Sequence record: DRR723986_4177
Strand: one strand, 5' to 3'
DNA length: 64,000 nt
Positions 8,939-18,747 of this stretch are shown piece by piece. A program made the translations under genes and the position numbers. The notes under the pieces are model-generated. The model worked only from the letters and a program-made list of their open reading frames with translations. It made no database searches and was not told the DNA's origin. Each line of letters starts with the position of its first letter. The stretch's first letter is position 1.

Positions 8939-10036
8939 ATGATGAAATGCTTCGGCTTATCCGTTGCAGCGCTTGCATGCTGCACACCTGCATTCGCGCC
9001 GGTTTTTACGCCCGCCAATGCACACGATGTACATATAGAACCCCGCGCTTATGACCATGCCCCGATTGGGGTTATGGGAGACCATTTGCATAAAAAAGGC
9101 GAGTTTATGCTGTCTGCCCGCTACATGCGCATGGAAATGGAAGGCAACCGCATTGGCACCAATAGTGTAACGCCAGAACAAATAGCAACGACAATACCTA
9201 ACCAGTTTTTTGGCCAACCCATGCAACCACCAACCCTGCGGGTGGTGCCAACGACCATGCCTATGGATATGGTAATGCTGGGCGGCATGTATGCCCCTTC
9301 AGATACTGTGACCCTGATGGTTATGGGTATGTATGCAGAGCGCGAAATGGACCATATCACCTTTCAGGGCGGTATGGGGACGGACCGGCTCGGCGAATTC
9401 ACCACAGGTAGTAAAGGCTTTGGTGATACAAAAGTGGCGGCCCTGGTTCGCCTGTTTGATAATGTCACCCATAAGGTGCATTTCAATGCAGGCATTTCGG
9501 TGCCCACTGGTTCTATCAGCAAAGAAGACACCATCTTAACACCCATGGGCGGCACCCCAACGGTGCGCTTGCCGTATCAAATGCAGCTTGGGTCCGGCAC
9601 TTGGGACTTAGAGCCCGGTATTACTTATGTAGGCCATGAAGGCAATTGGAACTGGGGGGCGCAAGCGCGCGCAACCATCCGGCTTGGTCACAATGCGGCC
9701 AACTATAGCTTTGGCGACCGGTTTGAAGCGACAAGCTGGCTAGCATACGGCCTAACGGATTCTTTCTCGGTATCCACCCGTCTGAAAGCCGAAACACAAG
9801 GCACTATTGACGGGCAGGATGCCCGCGTTGTGGCGCCGGTACAAACCGCCCAAACAGATTTTCAGAGCGGAGAACGGATAGATATGCTTTTTGGTGCCAA
9901 CTACCTTTTCAAGGCGGGTGCACTCAAAGGCAACCGTTTAGGCATTGAAGCTGGCTTTCCTGTAACGCAAGACCTGAACGGCCCGCATTTGGAGACAGAT
10001 TTCACCCTTACATTGGGCTGGCAGATTGCCTTTTGA
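8939..10036 (+). CDS. Outer-membrane beta-barrel transporter, His/Met-rich (putative metal uptake)
   Basis: Signal peptide, DHAPIGVMGDHLH, GFGD, PTGS, MQLGSGTWD, C-terminal GWQIAF beta-signal. Confidence 0.78.
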   Translation: MMKCFGLSVAALACCTPAFAPVFTPANAHDVHIEPRAYDHAPIGVMGDHLHKKGEFMLSARYMRMEMEGNRIGTNSVTPEQIATTIPNQFFGQPMQPPTLRVVPTTMPMDMVMLGGMYAPSDTVTLMVMGMYAEREMDHITFQGGMGTDRLGEFTTGSKGFGDTKVAALVRLFDNVTHKVHFNAGISVPTGSISKEDTILTPMGGTPTVRLPYQMQLGSGTWDLEPGITYVGHEGNWNWGAQARATIRLGHNAANYSFGDRFEATSWLAYGLTDSFSVSTRLKAETQGTIDGQDARVVAPVQTAQTDFQSGERIDMLFGANYLFKAGALKGNRLGIEAGFPVTQDLNGPHLETDFTLTLGWQIAF

Positions 10037-10054
10037 TTCCTATCACAGACACAG

Positions 10055-10081
10055 TGGCAGCCTAAGAAAAGGCTGCCATTT
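10055..10081 (+). terminator. Intrinsic terminator
   Basis: TGGCAGCCT-AAGAAA-AGGCTGCCA followed by a short T run. Confidence 0.7.
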
Positions 10082-10267
10082 CATTCCCTTGAATTGCGCC
10101 AAGCTTGTTGTCCCCAAGCCAACGGGTCATAGGTATTAAACATGACATCACAATCACTAAACGCAAACATGGCACAAAAGGCAGCTGATTGAACTAATCA
10201 CCGTTGCGCCTTGTCGTCCTTTATGTCTTATTGGCGCCAATGTTGTTAAACCAAAAAGGTGCTTCTA

Positions 10268-11608
10268 ATGGCTGACCAAACTCTTAGCATTCTTGAAGAT
10301 CTGGTGAAGGCCGCGCGCCAAAAAGGCGCTGATGCCGCTGATGCTGTTGCGGTTGACGCCCGCAGTCGCGGCGTGAGCTGGCGCGAAGGTCAGTTGGAAG
10401 ATGTGGAAGGCTCAGAAGGCGAAGATATCGGCCTGCGCGTACTTATAGGCAAGCAGCAGGCGATGGTCTCCACATCTGACAGACGGCCAGACAACCTCAA
10501 GGAGCTGGTAGACCGCACCTTTGCGATGGCAAAGGCGGTGCCGGAAGACGAGTTTTGTGGCCTTGCACCGGAAGAGCGTTTGCACACCGGCCCCCTCGCT
10601 GACCTGGACTTGCACGACGACACCGACGTTTCTGCCGAAACACTCAGGCGCATGGCTTCAGAAGCAGAAGATGCTGCGCGTTCCGTAGAAGGTGTTACAA
10701 ACTCTGACGGTGCCGGTGCCAGTGCATCGACCTGGGCCATTTCGCTGGTAACCAGCCACGGGTTTTCCGGTCATTATCGTGGCAGTAGTTTCTCTGCCTC
10801 GGTATCCGCCGTTGCCGGGCAAGGCACAGGCATGGAGCGCGACTATGATTTTTCTAGCAAGCGCCACTTTGAAGACTTGGCGAAACCATCAGATATTGGC
10901 CGCCAAGCGGGCGAAAAGGCGATTAAGCGCCTCAATCCATCCAAACTTGAAAGCGGGCAATACACGGTAGTGTTTGACCCGCGTGAGGCTAAAAGCCTGC
11001 TTGGGCATTTTTCCGGCGCCATATCTGGTGGCAGTGTCGCCCGCGGCACCAGTTTTCTGAAAGACCAAATGGGTGAAAAAATATTCTCAAGCGGCGTCAC
11101 CATCGTGGATGACCCATTGATTGTTCGTGGCTTGTCATCAAAGCTTTTTGACGGCGAAGGCGTTTCTGTCGGAAAAACGAATTTGGTCGAAGATGGTACA
11201 CTGCGTAGCTGGATGCTGAACAGTGCTACAGCACGCCAGCTGGGCCTGTCAGTTACAGGGCACGCATCTCGTGGCACGTCTTCAGCACCGGGCATTTCAT
11301 CAAGCAACTTGTATATTGAAGCCGGTACAATCCCGCCGGCAGAACTCTATGCAGACGTGAAAGATGGCTTATATGTAACCGAGTTGATTGGCATGGGCGT
11401 AAACGGTGTTACTGGCGACTATAGCCGAGGTGCCGCAGGGTTCAGAATTAGAAACGGCGAACTATGTGAAGCAATCAGCGAAGTCACAATTGCCGGCAAC
11501 CTAAAAGACATGTTCAGGGCGCTCACGCCAGCGTCTGACCTTGAATTTAAATATGGCAGCAACGCCCCAACGCTTCGGGTGGATGGCATGATGGTAGCAG
11601 GCTCGTAG
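10268..11608 (+). CDS. pmbA: TldD/PmbA family protein (PmbA/TldE)
   Basis: MERDY, FDGEG, GVNGVTGDYSRGAAGF, EVTIAGNL. Confidence 0.9.
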   Translation: MADQTLSILEDLVKAARQKGADAADAVAVDARSRGVSWREGQLEDVEGSEGEDIGLRVLIGKQQAMVSTSDRRPDNLKELVDRTFAMAKAVPEDEFCGLAPEERLHTGPLADLDLHDDTDVSAETLRRMASEAEDAARSVEGVTNSDGAGASASTWAISLVTSHGFSGHYRGSSFSASVSAVAGQGTGMERDYDFSSKRHFEDLAKPSDIGRQAGEKAIKRLNPSKLESGQYTVVFDPREAKSLLGHFSGAISGGSVARGTSFLKDQMGEKIFSSGVTIVDDPLIVRGLSSKLFDGEGVSVGKTNLVEDGTLRSWMLNSATARQLGLSVTGHASRGTSSAPGISSSNLYIEAGTIPPAELYADVKDGLYVTELIGMGVNGVTGDYSRGAAGFRIRNGELCEAISEVTIAGNLKDMFRALTPASDLEFKYGSNAPTLRVDGMMVAGS

Positions 11609-11658
11609 AGTAGGAACCGATCACAATTCAATTACAGTGAACTAGAGACAATATTATC

Positions 11659-12528
11659 GTGACAATTACGCCATCAGATACACCCAATATTCAAACAGGA
11701 AAGAACGTAAAAGCCGACTTTCGCAACGATGCAAATTTGATCAAAGATGCCACCCTTGAAGCCGGTCGTATTGCCATGTCTTACTTTAAGCAAGACATTG
11801 AGGTTTGGGAAAAATCACCTGAAAACCCAGTGTCTGAAGCAGACATCGCAGTTGATGAATTTCTACGTACCACACTACTGCAAAATCGAAGCAATTATGG
11901 CTGGTTATCTGAAGAAACTGAAGATCAACCAGACAGACTTAATCGCGACCACGTTTGGATTGTTGACCCCATTGATGGCACCAGGGCCTATTTGGCGGGG
12001 CGTGACGACTGGGGCATTTCTGTAGCTCTTGTCAAAGACAAAAGGCCCGTTCTGGCCGCCTTTTATGCTCCGGTAAAAAATGCTTTTTATTTCGCTGAAC
12101 TTGGCAAAGGAGCAACAAAAAACGACGTTGCTATTTGGGCATCGCCTTGCGCTGATTTGGAGTCAGCGAAAATGATGGGCGACCCATCCGCATTCAAGGC
12201 AAGCAAATTTTGGCCTGTTGCCTGGCCAAGCAGCATGATTGCAGAACAGGCAAACTCTATCGCTCTCAGGCTATGCCAAATTGCAGATGCGCAATTTGAC
12301 TGCTGCGTTACCTTGCGCCCTAAAAGCGATTGGGATGTTGCCGCTGCAGACCTGATTTTGTCAGAGGCTGGTGGCAAACTAACCACTGGAGACGGTACCG
12401 ACCTTCTGTTCAACAATAGTGAGCCGCTGCATAAGCATATTGTTGCAGGCACTGCACCAATTTTATCGGCATTGATGAAACGGGTAACCCCTGCGCTTGA
12501 GCAGTGGCGCAAACGACATCAGAAGTAG
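11659..12528 (+). CDS. Inositol monophosphatase/CysQ family phosphatase
   Basis: PVSEAD, LSEE, WIVDPIDGT, DWDVAAA. Confidence 0.88.
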   Translation: MTITPSDTPNIQTGKNVKADFRNDANLIKDATLEAGRIAMSYFKQDIEVWEKSPENPVSEADIAVDEFLRTTLLQNRSNYGWLSEETEDQPDRLNRDHVWIVDPIDGTRAYLAGRDDWGISVALVKDKRPVLAAFYAPVKNAFYFAELGKGATKNDVAIWASPCADLESAKMMGDPSAFKASKFWPVAWPSSMIAEQANSIALRLCQIADAQFDCCVTLRPKSDWDVAAADLILSEAGGKLTTGDGTDLLFNNSEPLHKHIVAGTAPILSALMKRVTPALEQWRKRHQK

Positions 12529-13205
12529 AAGCGAGAACCAAAAATCACACTGCCATTACCCGCACGCTGATCAAGAGAACTGTCATTATAGGATAGACTA
12601 AGTTCAATATCCCCAACAAAAAGCGAAAGGCCAGCTGACCAGTCCCATAGGTCGACGATATCACTGCGAAAATCTCGCCCCACACGACCAATTACCGTTA
12701 AAGCCGGCAAGGTTGGAACTGGCACCTCAAGGTCTGCGAAGGTGTACAAGCTCTGGCTTTGCGGGTTAATCCAGCGGCCCCCTGGCGCATAAGCCGCTCC
12801 TACTCTGGTAAAAGCAATGCCAAAGTCTCTGGATACAGAAGCCTTAAACTCAGGATAATATTGGCTGGTATCACCATAAATAGTATCCAGCTCAACAGAA
12901 AAATCATAAACATAATCACCACGATCCAGTGAATAACCGGCAAAAAGCTCGGTGCGGAAATTACCACCTGTCAGCGTGTTAATTTTGGCAGCATCCAACC
13001 CGCCATAGAAGCCATTGTCATGAAACATACCTAGTGATGCCACAACGCCAATATCACCGTCCGTCAGCGAAAGACCCCTGTCGCGGTAATCACTTACAAC
13101 ACCAACATAACCGTCTATAGAAAAGTCAGTGCCGCTGTCTTGCGCATGTAGGCCCCCGCCACTCAGCATACATGCCGCAACAATTGTTACCCAAATAGTT
13201 TTCAC
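12519..13205 (-). CDS. TorF-family putative porin (TIGR02001-like)
   Basis: Signal peptide, VSDYRDRGLS motif, C-terminal aromatic FYF. Confidence 0.75.
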   Translation of the reverse strand: MKTIWVTIVAACMLSGGGLHAQDSGTDFSIDGYVGVVSDYRDRGLSLTDGDIGVVASLGMFHDNGFYGGLDAAKINTLTGGNFRTELFAGYSLDRGDYVYDFSVELDTIYGDTSQYYPEFKASVSRDFGIAFTRVGAAYAPGGRWINPQSQSLYTFADLEVPVPTLPALTVIGRVGRDFRSDIVDLWDWSAGLSLFVGDIELSLSYNDSSLDQRAGNGSVIFGSRFYF

Positions 13206-13209
13206 CTTG

Positions 13210-14031
13210 CTATTCCTTTTCCAGTACCAACAGAGGGTCCAGCCTTACATTTTTCCAGTTTATGCGCCAATCAACATGGGGGCCATTTGCCCGCCCTTTG
13301 GCTCCAACCGTGCCAATGGCGTCACCTTTTGCAACGCGCGCGCCTTCCTTAACAGTTACTGAGTTCATATGAAACAAGGTTGAGGTTACGCCCAGCCCAT
13401 GATCGATAATAACAATCCCGCCTTCCAACAGAAAGTCCGGAGCAGCAAGACGAACAATGCCGCCAGCCGGTGCATAAATGGGTGTGCCAACATCAGCCGC
13501 AATATCAAGGCCATAGTGCGGGCTGCGCGGTTCGCCGTTCAGAATACGCTGGCTACCATAAAACCCGGAAAACCTGCCTTCTGCGGGTTTCAAAAAGCCT
13601 TCAACCCATTGTACTTCAGGCATCATCACAGCACGAGCTGATCGCACCCGCCCATTCTCTACTTTACGGCGCGCGGTCCATTCTGGAGGCGGACTCACTG
13701 TTTTGGGCGGCAAACCATTCACGCGCTCAATGTTAAACTCCCGCGAGGCAATTTCTATGGTTTGGGTTTCTCTTGTACCGTCGGGCATTTGGTATGCCAG
13801 CACAGCTGAAGCTCCATGGTCACGTCCAAAGCCAACCACGAATGTACCATCCGTATGAACAGTGATCGCCTCGCCGTCCAGAAAGATGGCCGTGCCCGGT
13901 TCAACTTTGCCCCACAATAATCCGCCCTGCGTAGCATCGCCATTGAGCGGCGGCACCGTTGCTGCAACAGGCGGCGATATAGCAAGCACAAGGCAAATAC
14001 CCATAGTGCGCAAAATATTTAATTTTTTCAT
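13210..14031 (-). CDS. M23 family metallopeptidase
   Basis: HYGLD and HVD (HxH variant) zinc motifs, IDHG, YGSQRILNG; signal peptide. Confidence 0.88.
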   Translation of the reverse strand: MKKLNILRTMGICLVLAISPPVAATVPPLNGDATQGGLLWGKVEPGTAIFLDGEAITVHTDGTFVVGFGRDHGASAVLAYQMPDGTRETQTIEIASREFNIERVNGLPPKTVSPPPEWTARRKVENGRVRSARAVMMPEVQWVEGFLKPAEGRFSGFYGSQRILNGEPRSPHYGLDIAADVGTPIYAPAGGIVRLAAPDFLLEGGIVIIDHGLGVTSTLFHMNSVTVKEGARVAKGDAIGTVGAKGRANGPHVDWRINWKNVRLDPLLVLEKE

Positions 14032-14104
14032 CGGTTACATTCTTCCCATAAGGGCTATAAAAAAGGCCATAAAGAAGGCAAAATCACGACAGCATATATA
14101 TTGT

Positions 14105-15565
14105 CTAAAAAAGTTTCCCTTGCCGCGAATTTGGCGACACACTTAGTTTTGGCTTTTTCGTCTCAGGCGCAGCTTTCTTCTTTTTTGGGGTGACGGGCGA
14201 TGACATTGACCCTTGATCAATAATTTGTGCAGCCGCAATACCGTCCGCAAACCTTAGCGCCACGTTTTCACCCGTTGCCAAGTCTGCCGCCCTTGCAACA
14301 GGATGACCTTGGTCATCCTCCACCAAAATAAACCCGCGATCCAAAATTCGTTCAAACGATAGGCTTTCAAGCATGCGGGCGCTTGATGAAAGAGCCTCGC
14401 GCCTTGTCTTGACAAGCCTCGCAAATGCCGGGTTAAGCCTATCGCTCAGCCCTTTCAAGCCCTTAGCCTGAAAAGATACTGTTTGTGTCAAGCGACCCGG
14501 CGTTAAGGCACCACTTATTCTATTAAGGGCGCTTTCCTTGCTACGAGCAATATACAAAAGGGCTCTTGGAAGTCGGTCACATAAATCATCAAACCGTTGC
14601 TGCGCCATACCCAAAATATCAGAAGGCGTTGGCAAGGCACGGCCCAATGCATCCAACTTGTCTCGCCTGCCTTGCACCAATTGTTGTTTTTGCAGTGCCA
14701 AACGCCGCCCGGCATCTGTAACCGTAAACACCAAGTCTTCCCGAACCGGCACTGCAAATTCTGCCGCGCCCGTTGGTGTAGGCGCCCGCAAATCCGAGGC
14801 AAAATCAATCAAGGTTGTATCTGTCTCATGACCAACCGCCGAAATAAGCGGAATATCACTGGCCGCAGCCGCCCGCACCACAACTTCTTCATTGAAAGAC
14901 CACAAGTCCTCAATTGATCCGCCACCGCGCGCGACAATGATCACATCAGGTTTAGGAACACTGCCGCCGGGTTTTAATGCATTAAAACCGTTAATGGCTC
15001 CGGCAATCTGGTCGGCAGCGGCTTCGCCTTGAACCACAACGGGCCAAACAATCACTCGGCGCGGAAACCTGTCGTTCAAACGATGCAGTATGTCCCGAAT
15101 AACAGCACCGGTTGGGGACGTGACAACACCAATAACCTTTGGCAAGTAGGGTATGGCTTTCTTGGTTGTGTCATCGAACAAACCCTCGGCAGCCAGCTTT
15201 TTGCGCCGCTCGTCCAACAAGGCCATAAGCGCGCCAGCACCGGCCGGCTCCATCTTATCAACCACCATTTGGTATTTGGACCGCGCTGCGTATGTGGTCA
15301 GCTTGCCGGTGCAAACAACCTCTAGGCCGTCCTCGGGTCGAAATGCCAACTTTTGCGCATTACCGCGCCAGCAAACACCGTCCAGAACCGACTTGTCGTC
15401 TTTCAGGGCAAAATATAAATGACCCGATGCCGCATGTTTCACACCCGACAGTTCAGCCCGAACCCGCACATAACCAAACTGGTCTTCAACGGAACGTTTA
15501 AGCGCAGAAGACAAGTCTGAAACACTATATTCCTGCACATTGGTTGCAGGCCATTCTTCGGTCAT
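14105..15565 (-). CDS. xseA: Exodeoxyribonuclease VII large subunit
   Basis: SGHLYFALKD, TSPTGAVIRDI, ARGGGSIEDLW, SAVGHETD, RAPTPTGAAE. Confidence 0.96.
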   Translation of the reverse strand: MTEEWPATNVQEYSVSDLSSALKRSVEDQFGYVRVRAELSGVKHAASGHLYFALKDDKSVLDGVCWRGNAQKLAFRPEDGLEVVCTGKLTTYAARSKYQMVVDKMEPAGAGALMALLDERRKKLAAEGLFDDTTKKAIPYLPKVIGVVTSPTGAVIRDILHRLNDRFPRRVIVWPVVVQGEAAADQIAGAINGFNALKPGGSVPKPDVIIVARGGGSIEDLWSFNEEVVVRAAAASDIPLISAVGHETDTTLIDFASDLRAPTPTGAAEFAVPVREDLVFTVTDAGRRLALQKQQLVQGRRDKLDALGRALPTPSDILGMAQQRFDDLCDRLPRALLYIARSKESALNRISGALTPGRLTQTVSFQAKGLKGLSDRLNPAFARLVKTRREALSSSARMLESLSFERILDRGFILVEDDQGHPVARAADLATGENVALRFADGIAAAQIIDQGSMSSPVTPKKKKAAPETKKPKLSVSPNSRQGKLF

Positions 15566-15670
15566 TTTTACAGCCTATCTTATCAGGGTCTTGAGTGATG
15601 CCAAACCTATGATACAAGTGAGGCTGTTTCAAGAAATGACCGACGACACAGAGCAATAAAAGGGCAATTA

Positions 15671-16942
15671 ATGAATATTCTATTGATCGGATCTGGTGGA
15701 CGCGAACATGCGCTCGCATGGAAAATCAACCAAAGCCCTTTACTTGGTACGCTTTATTGCACCCCAGGCAACGGCGGTATGGAAAATATTGCAACCTGCA
15801 CACAGCTTGATACCAACGATCATGATGCGGTGATCCACTTTTGCAGAGAGCAGGCAATTGAGCTTGTAGTGGTCGGCCCGGAAGCACCATTGGTTGCAGG
15901 CATTGCCGACTCTCTGATTGCCGCTGATATTGCCGTTTTTGGGCCCACCGCAGCCGCGGCGCAGTTGGAAGGCTCCAAAGGCTTCACCAAAGACATGTGC
16001 GCGCGCTACAAGATTCCCACGGCGGCATATGGGCGTTTCACCGCCCCGGAACCGGCAAAAAAATACATTACCAAGCACGGTGTACCAACGGTAGTAAAAG
16101 CAGACGGGTTAGCCGCAGGGAAAGGCGTTATTATTGCCCATACCTTGGCTGAGGCACACGATGCCATTGATATGATGTTTGACGGTGCTTTCGGTGATGC
16201 CGGTGTGGAAGTTGTGGTTGAAGAATTTATGGTTGGCGAAGAAGCCAGCTTTTTCGCGTTAGCAGACGGCAATTCAACCCTGCCACTAGCAACGGCGCAA
16301 GACCATAAAGCTGTTGGTGAAGGCGATACAGGCCCCAACACCGGCGGCATGGGGGCCTATTCGCCAGCACCGGTTATGACAGACGATATGATCAAGCGGG
16401 TTATGGATGAAATTATTGAGCCTACCGCCGCGGCCATGAAAGACATGGGATGTCCCTATAAAGGTGTTTTCTTTGCCGGCCTGATGATTACGGCGGACGG
16501 CCCAAAACTTATTGAATATAATTGCCGTTTCGGCGACCCGGAATGCCAAGTTCTAATGATGCGCATGACCAGTGATATTGTACCTCTATTGTTGGCCACA
16601 GCCAACGGCACGCTATCTGAACATAGCGCGAACTGGACAGATAATTGCGCCCTAACCGTTGTTTTAGCGGCCAAAGGGTACCCCGGCTCCTATACCAAAG
16701 GCTCTATCATCAATAACCTAGATACAGCTGCAAGCGGCGATACTATTGAAATATTTCATGCAGGTACCAAAACACAAAACGGTAACACGGTTGCTGTAGG
16801 CGGAAGAGTATTAAATGTTTCAGCCCTTGGCGCGACTGTGGCAGAGGCCAAAGAAAACGCTTACTGCGCTGTCTCAAAAGTTAACTGGCCTGAAGGCTTC
16901 TGCCGACATGACATTGGGTGGCGTGCGGTCAACCGAGGCTAG
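15671..16942 (+). CDS. purD: Phosphoribosylamine-glycine ligase
   Basis: [42 protein letters not shown]. Confidence 0.97.
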   Translation: MNILLIGSGGREHALAWKINQSPLLGTLYCTPGNGGMENIATCTQLDTNDHDAVIHFCREQAIELVVVGPEAPLVAGIADSLIAADIAVFGPTAAAAQLEGSKGFTKDMCARYKIPTAAYGRFTAPEPAKKYITKHGVPTVVKADGLAAGKGVIIAHTLAEAHDAIDMMFDGAFGDAGVEVVVEEFMVGEEASFFALADGNSTLPLATAQDHKAVGEGDTGPNTGGMGAYSPAPVMTDDMIKRVMDEIIEPTAAAMKDMGCPYKGVFFAGLMITADGPKLIEYNCRFGDPECQVLMMRMTSDIVPLLLATANGTLSEHSANWTDNCALTVVLAAKGYPGSYTKGSIINNLDTAASGDTIEIFHAGTKTQNGNTVAVGGRVLNVSALGATVAEAKENAYCAVSKVNWPEGFCRHDIGWRAVNRG

Positions 16943-16956
16943 AAAAGCCTGCCAAT

Positions 16957-18510
16957 TTACGCTGTTGCTGCCAATGGCATAGATACAGGCTTTTCAGACA
17001 CTGTTGCTGCGGGGAAAAGCACCGAAACCCGAGTTCCAATGGCTGGCTTGCTTTCGATGGATACAGTACCACCCAATTTTGCGGCAAAAGCAACCACAAG
17101 CGGCAAGCCAAGACCTGAGCCTTCATGAGACCGATTCAAGCTTGATTCAACCTGTCCAAAAGGCACTTTGGCTTGCGCAATTTCCGCTGTTGTCATGCCA
17201 ATGCCCGTGTCTTCAACAGCAAGGCATGCACCGCCGTCGCTGGTTTTCTTGAGCGTTACGGAAACCTTGCCGCCCGCACGGGTAAATTTTATTGCGTTCG
17301 AGAGTAAATTTAGGCCAATTTGTTTTAGTAATCGCTCATCAGCCTCCAGCATTATTTGGCAATCAAGATCGCTGCTAATCTTAACATCGGCCTCAACAGC
17401 GCGCTGTTGAACCAGTCGCATACACATTTCGAGGCAGGGAGCAGGATCCAGTATGCTAATATGAGCTTCCAAGCGGCCTGCTTCAACTTTCGAAATGTCA
17501 AGAATATCATTGATAATGGACAGTAGATGTGTGCCGCTTTTGTGAATATCACTGGCATATTCCGAATGTTTCACGGCAAGCGTTTCACCGCCCACATCGT
17601 CACGGATAAGTTCTGAAAAACCCAGAATAGCATTCAGGGGTGTTCGCAATTCATGGCTCATATTCGCCAAAAACTCAGACTTTGTCCGGTTAGATAATTC
17701 CGCGGCATCACGCGTGCGTTGCAGCTCATGCGCATGCGACAATTCTTCTGTCACATCGCGGCCCGTCATCAGCAGCAAAGGCTCAGTTCCGTCATCAATA
17801 CGGCGTGCAAATAGCCGGAAATGGCGAATAATACCGCCTCGGGTTTTCAGCGCCGCCGGAACATCCGTTAGGGAAGCCGTGGTTTTCAGCTCTTCGATAA
17901 AACGATCAAAAAAAGTAGGGTCTGACCACATATCAAGTTTGCCAATATCACTCCCCAAAACACCTTCTTTACGGTGGCCAAAAACATTTAAAAATGATGG
18001 ATTAATGTCAATAATCACATTGTCCGTAAGCCTGAACAAAAGCATAAACTCTGGTGTGATATTAAAGATATTTTTAAACAGGCCGTTACTTAACTTTTGC
18101 TTGTCGCGACTTTCAATTTCTGACGTGATATCGTTTAGATATGCCACTAAACAGGCTTCTCCGCCCCAAGTTGACAGCGACGCCCGACTGGAAACCCAAA
18201 CACAACTGCCATCAAGCCTGATTAGGCGAAATTCATAAGTACTCGGCATGTCTGCACCTGCCATCCGCTGGCTATACATCTGGTTTATTCTGTCTAGGTC
18301 GTCAGGGTGAATCCAGTCTTCAAGTCGCTTTTCAAGCTGAGAGGTGTCATCGGGTTCAGCGCCGAGTATGCGGAAAATTGCACTGTTGGCAAAAACCACA
18401 TCATCCCCGCAGCGTACAACCACACCTTCGCTTATGTTGTCCAGCAACATAGCCTGAGACTGAATGTCAGCTTTTGGATGATTTGAATACGGATTGATAG
18501 GGTCTGCCAC
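16957..18510 (-). CDS. Cytoplasmic PAS-PAS sensor histidine kinase (PleC/DivJ-like H-box)
   Basis: IHPDD PAS; FLANMSHELRTPLNAILGFS H-box; NLLSNAIKFT, DTGIG, GSGLGL. Confidence 0.9.
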   Translation of the reverse strand: MADPINPYSNHPKADIQSQAMLLDNISEGVVVRCGDDVVFANSAIFRILGAEPDDTSQLEKRLEDWIHPDDLDRINQMYSQRMAGADMPSTYEFRLIRLDGSCVWVSSRASLSTWGGEACLVAYLNDITSEIESRDKQKLSNGLFKNIFNITPEFMLLFRLTDNVIIDINPSFLNVFGHRKEGVLGSDIGKLDMWSDPTFFDRFIEELKTTASLTDVPAALKTRGGIIRHFRLFARRIDDGTEPLLLMTGRDVTEELSHAHELQRTRDAAELSNRTKSEFLANMSHELRTPLNAILGFSELIRDDVGGETLAVKHSEYASDIHKSGTHLLSIINDILDISKVEAGRLEAHISILDPAPCLEMCMRLVQQRAVEADVKISSDLDCQIMLEADERLLKQIGLNLLSNAIKFTRAGGKVSVTLKKTSDGGACLAVEDTGIGMTTAEIAQAKVPFGQVESSLNRSHEGSGLGLPLVVAFAAKLGGTVSIESKPAIGTRVSVLFPAATVSEKPVSMPLAATA

Positions 18511-18747
18511 GGCTTTCCATGTCCCGCTGTACTCTGAATAACAATAGAAGCTAATCTATAAATCTTCACAAATGATGAACAAACGCTGGATTGAATGCGG
18601 TTCTTTGCCAAAATCATGGTCCTTAGGGTTTAATTTTTGGCCGTGACTCCCATATATTTTTGATATATATCTCTAAAGGCTAATAAAAGTGGCAAAAAGT
18701 CACTGTAAAAAACAAAACAATAACGACAAAAAAAATGCGAGGACAAA

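Noticed and set aside
10268-11608. pmbA without tldD as a sign of a peptide-maturation cluster
   Set aside because: The two genes are commonly unlinked; no precursor peptide or modification enzymes nearby
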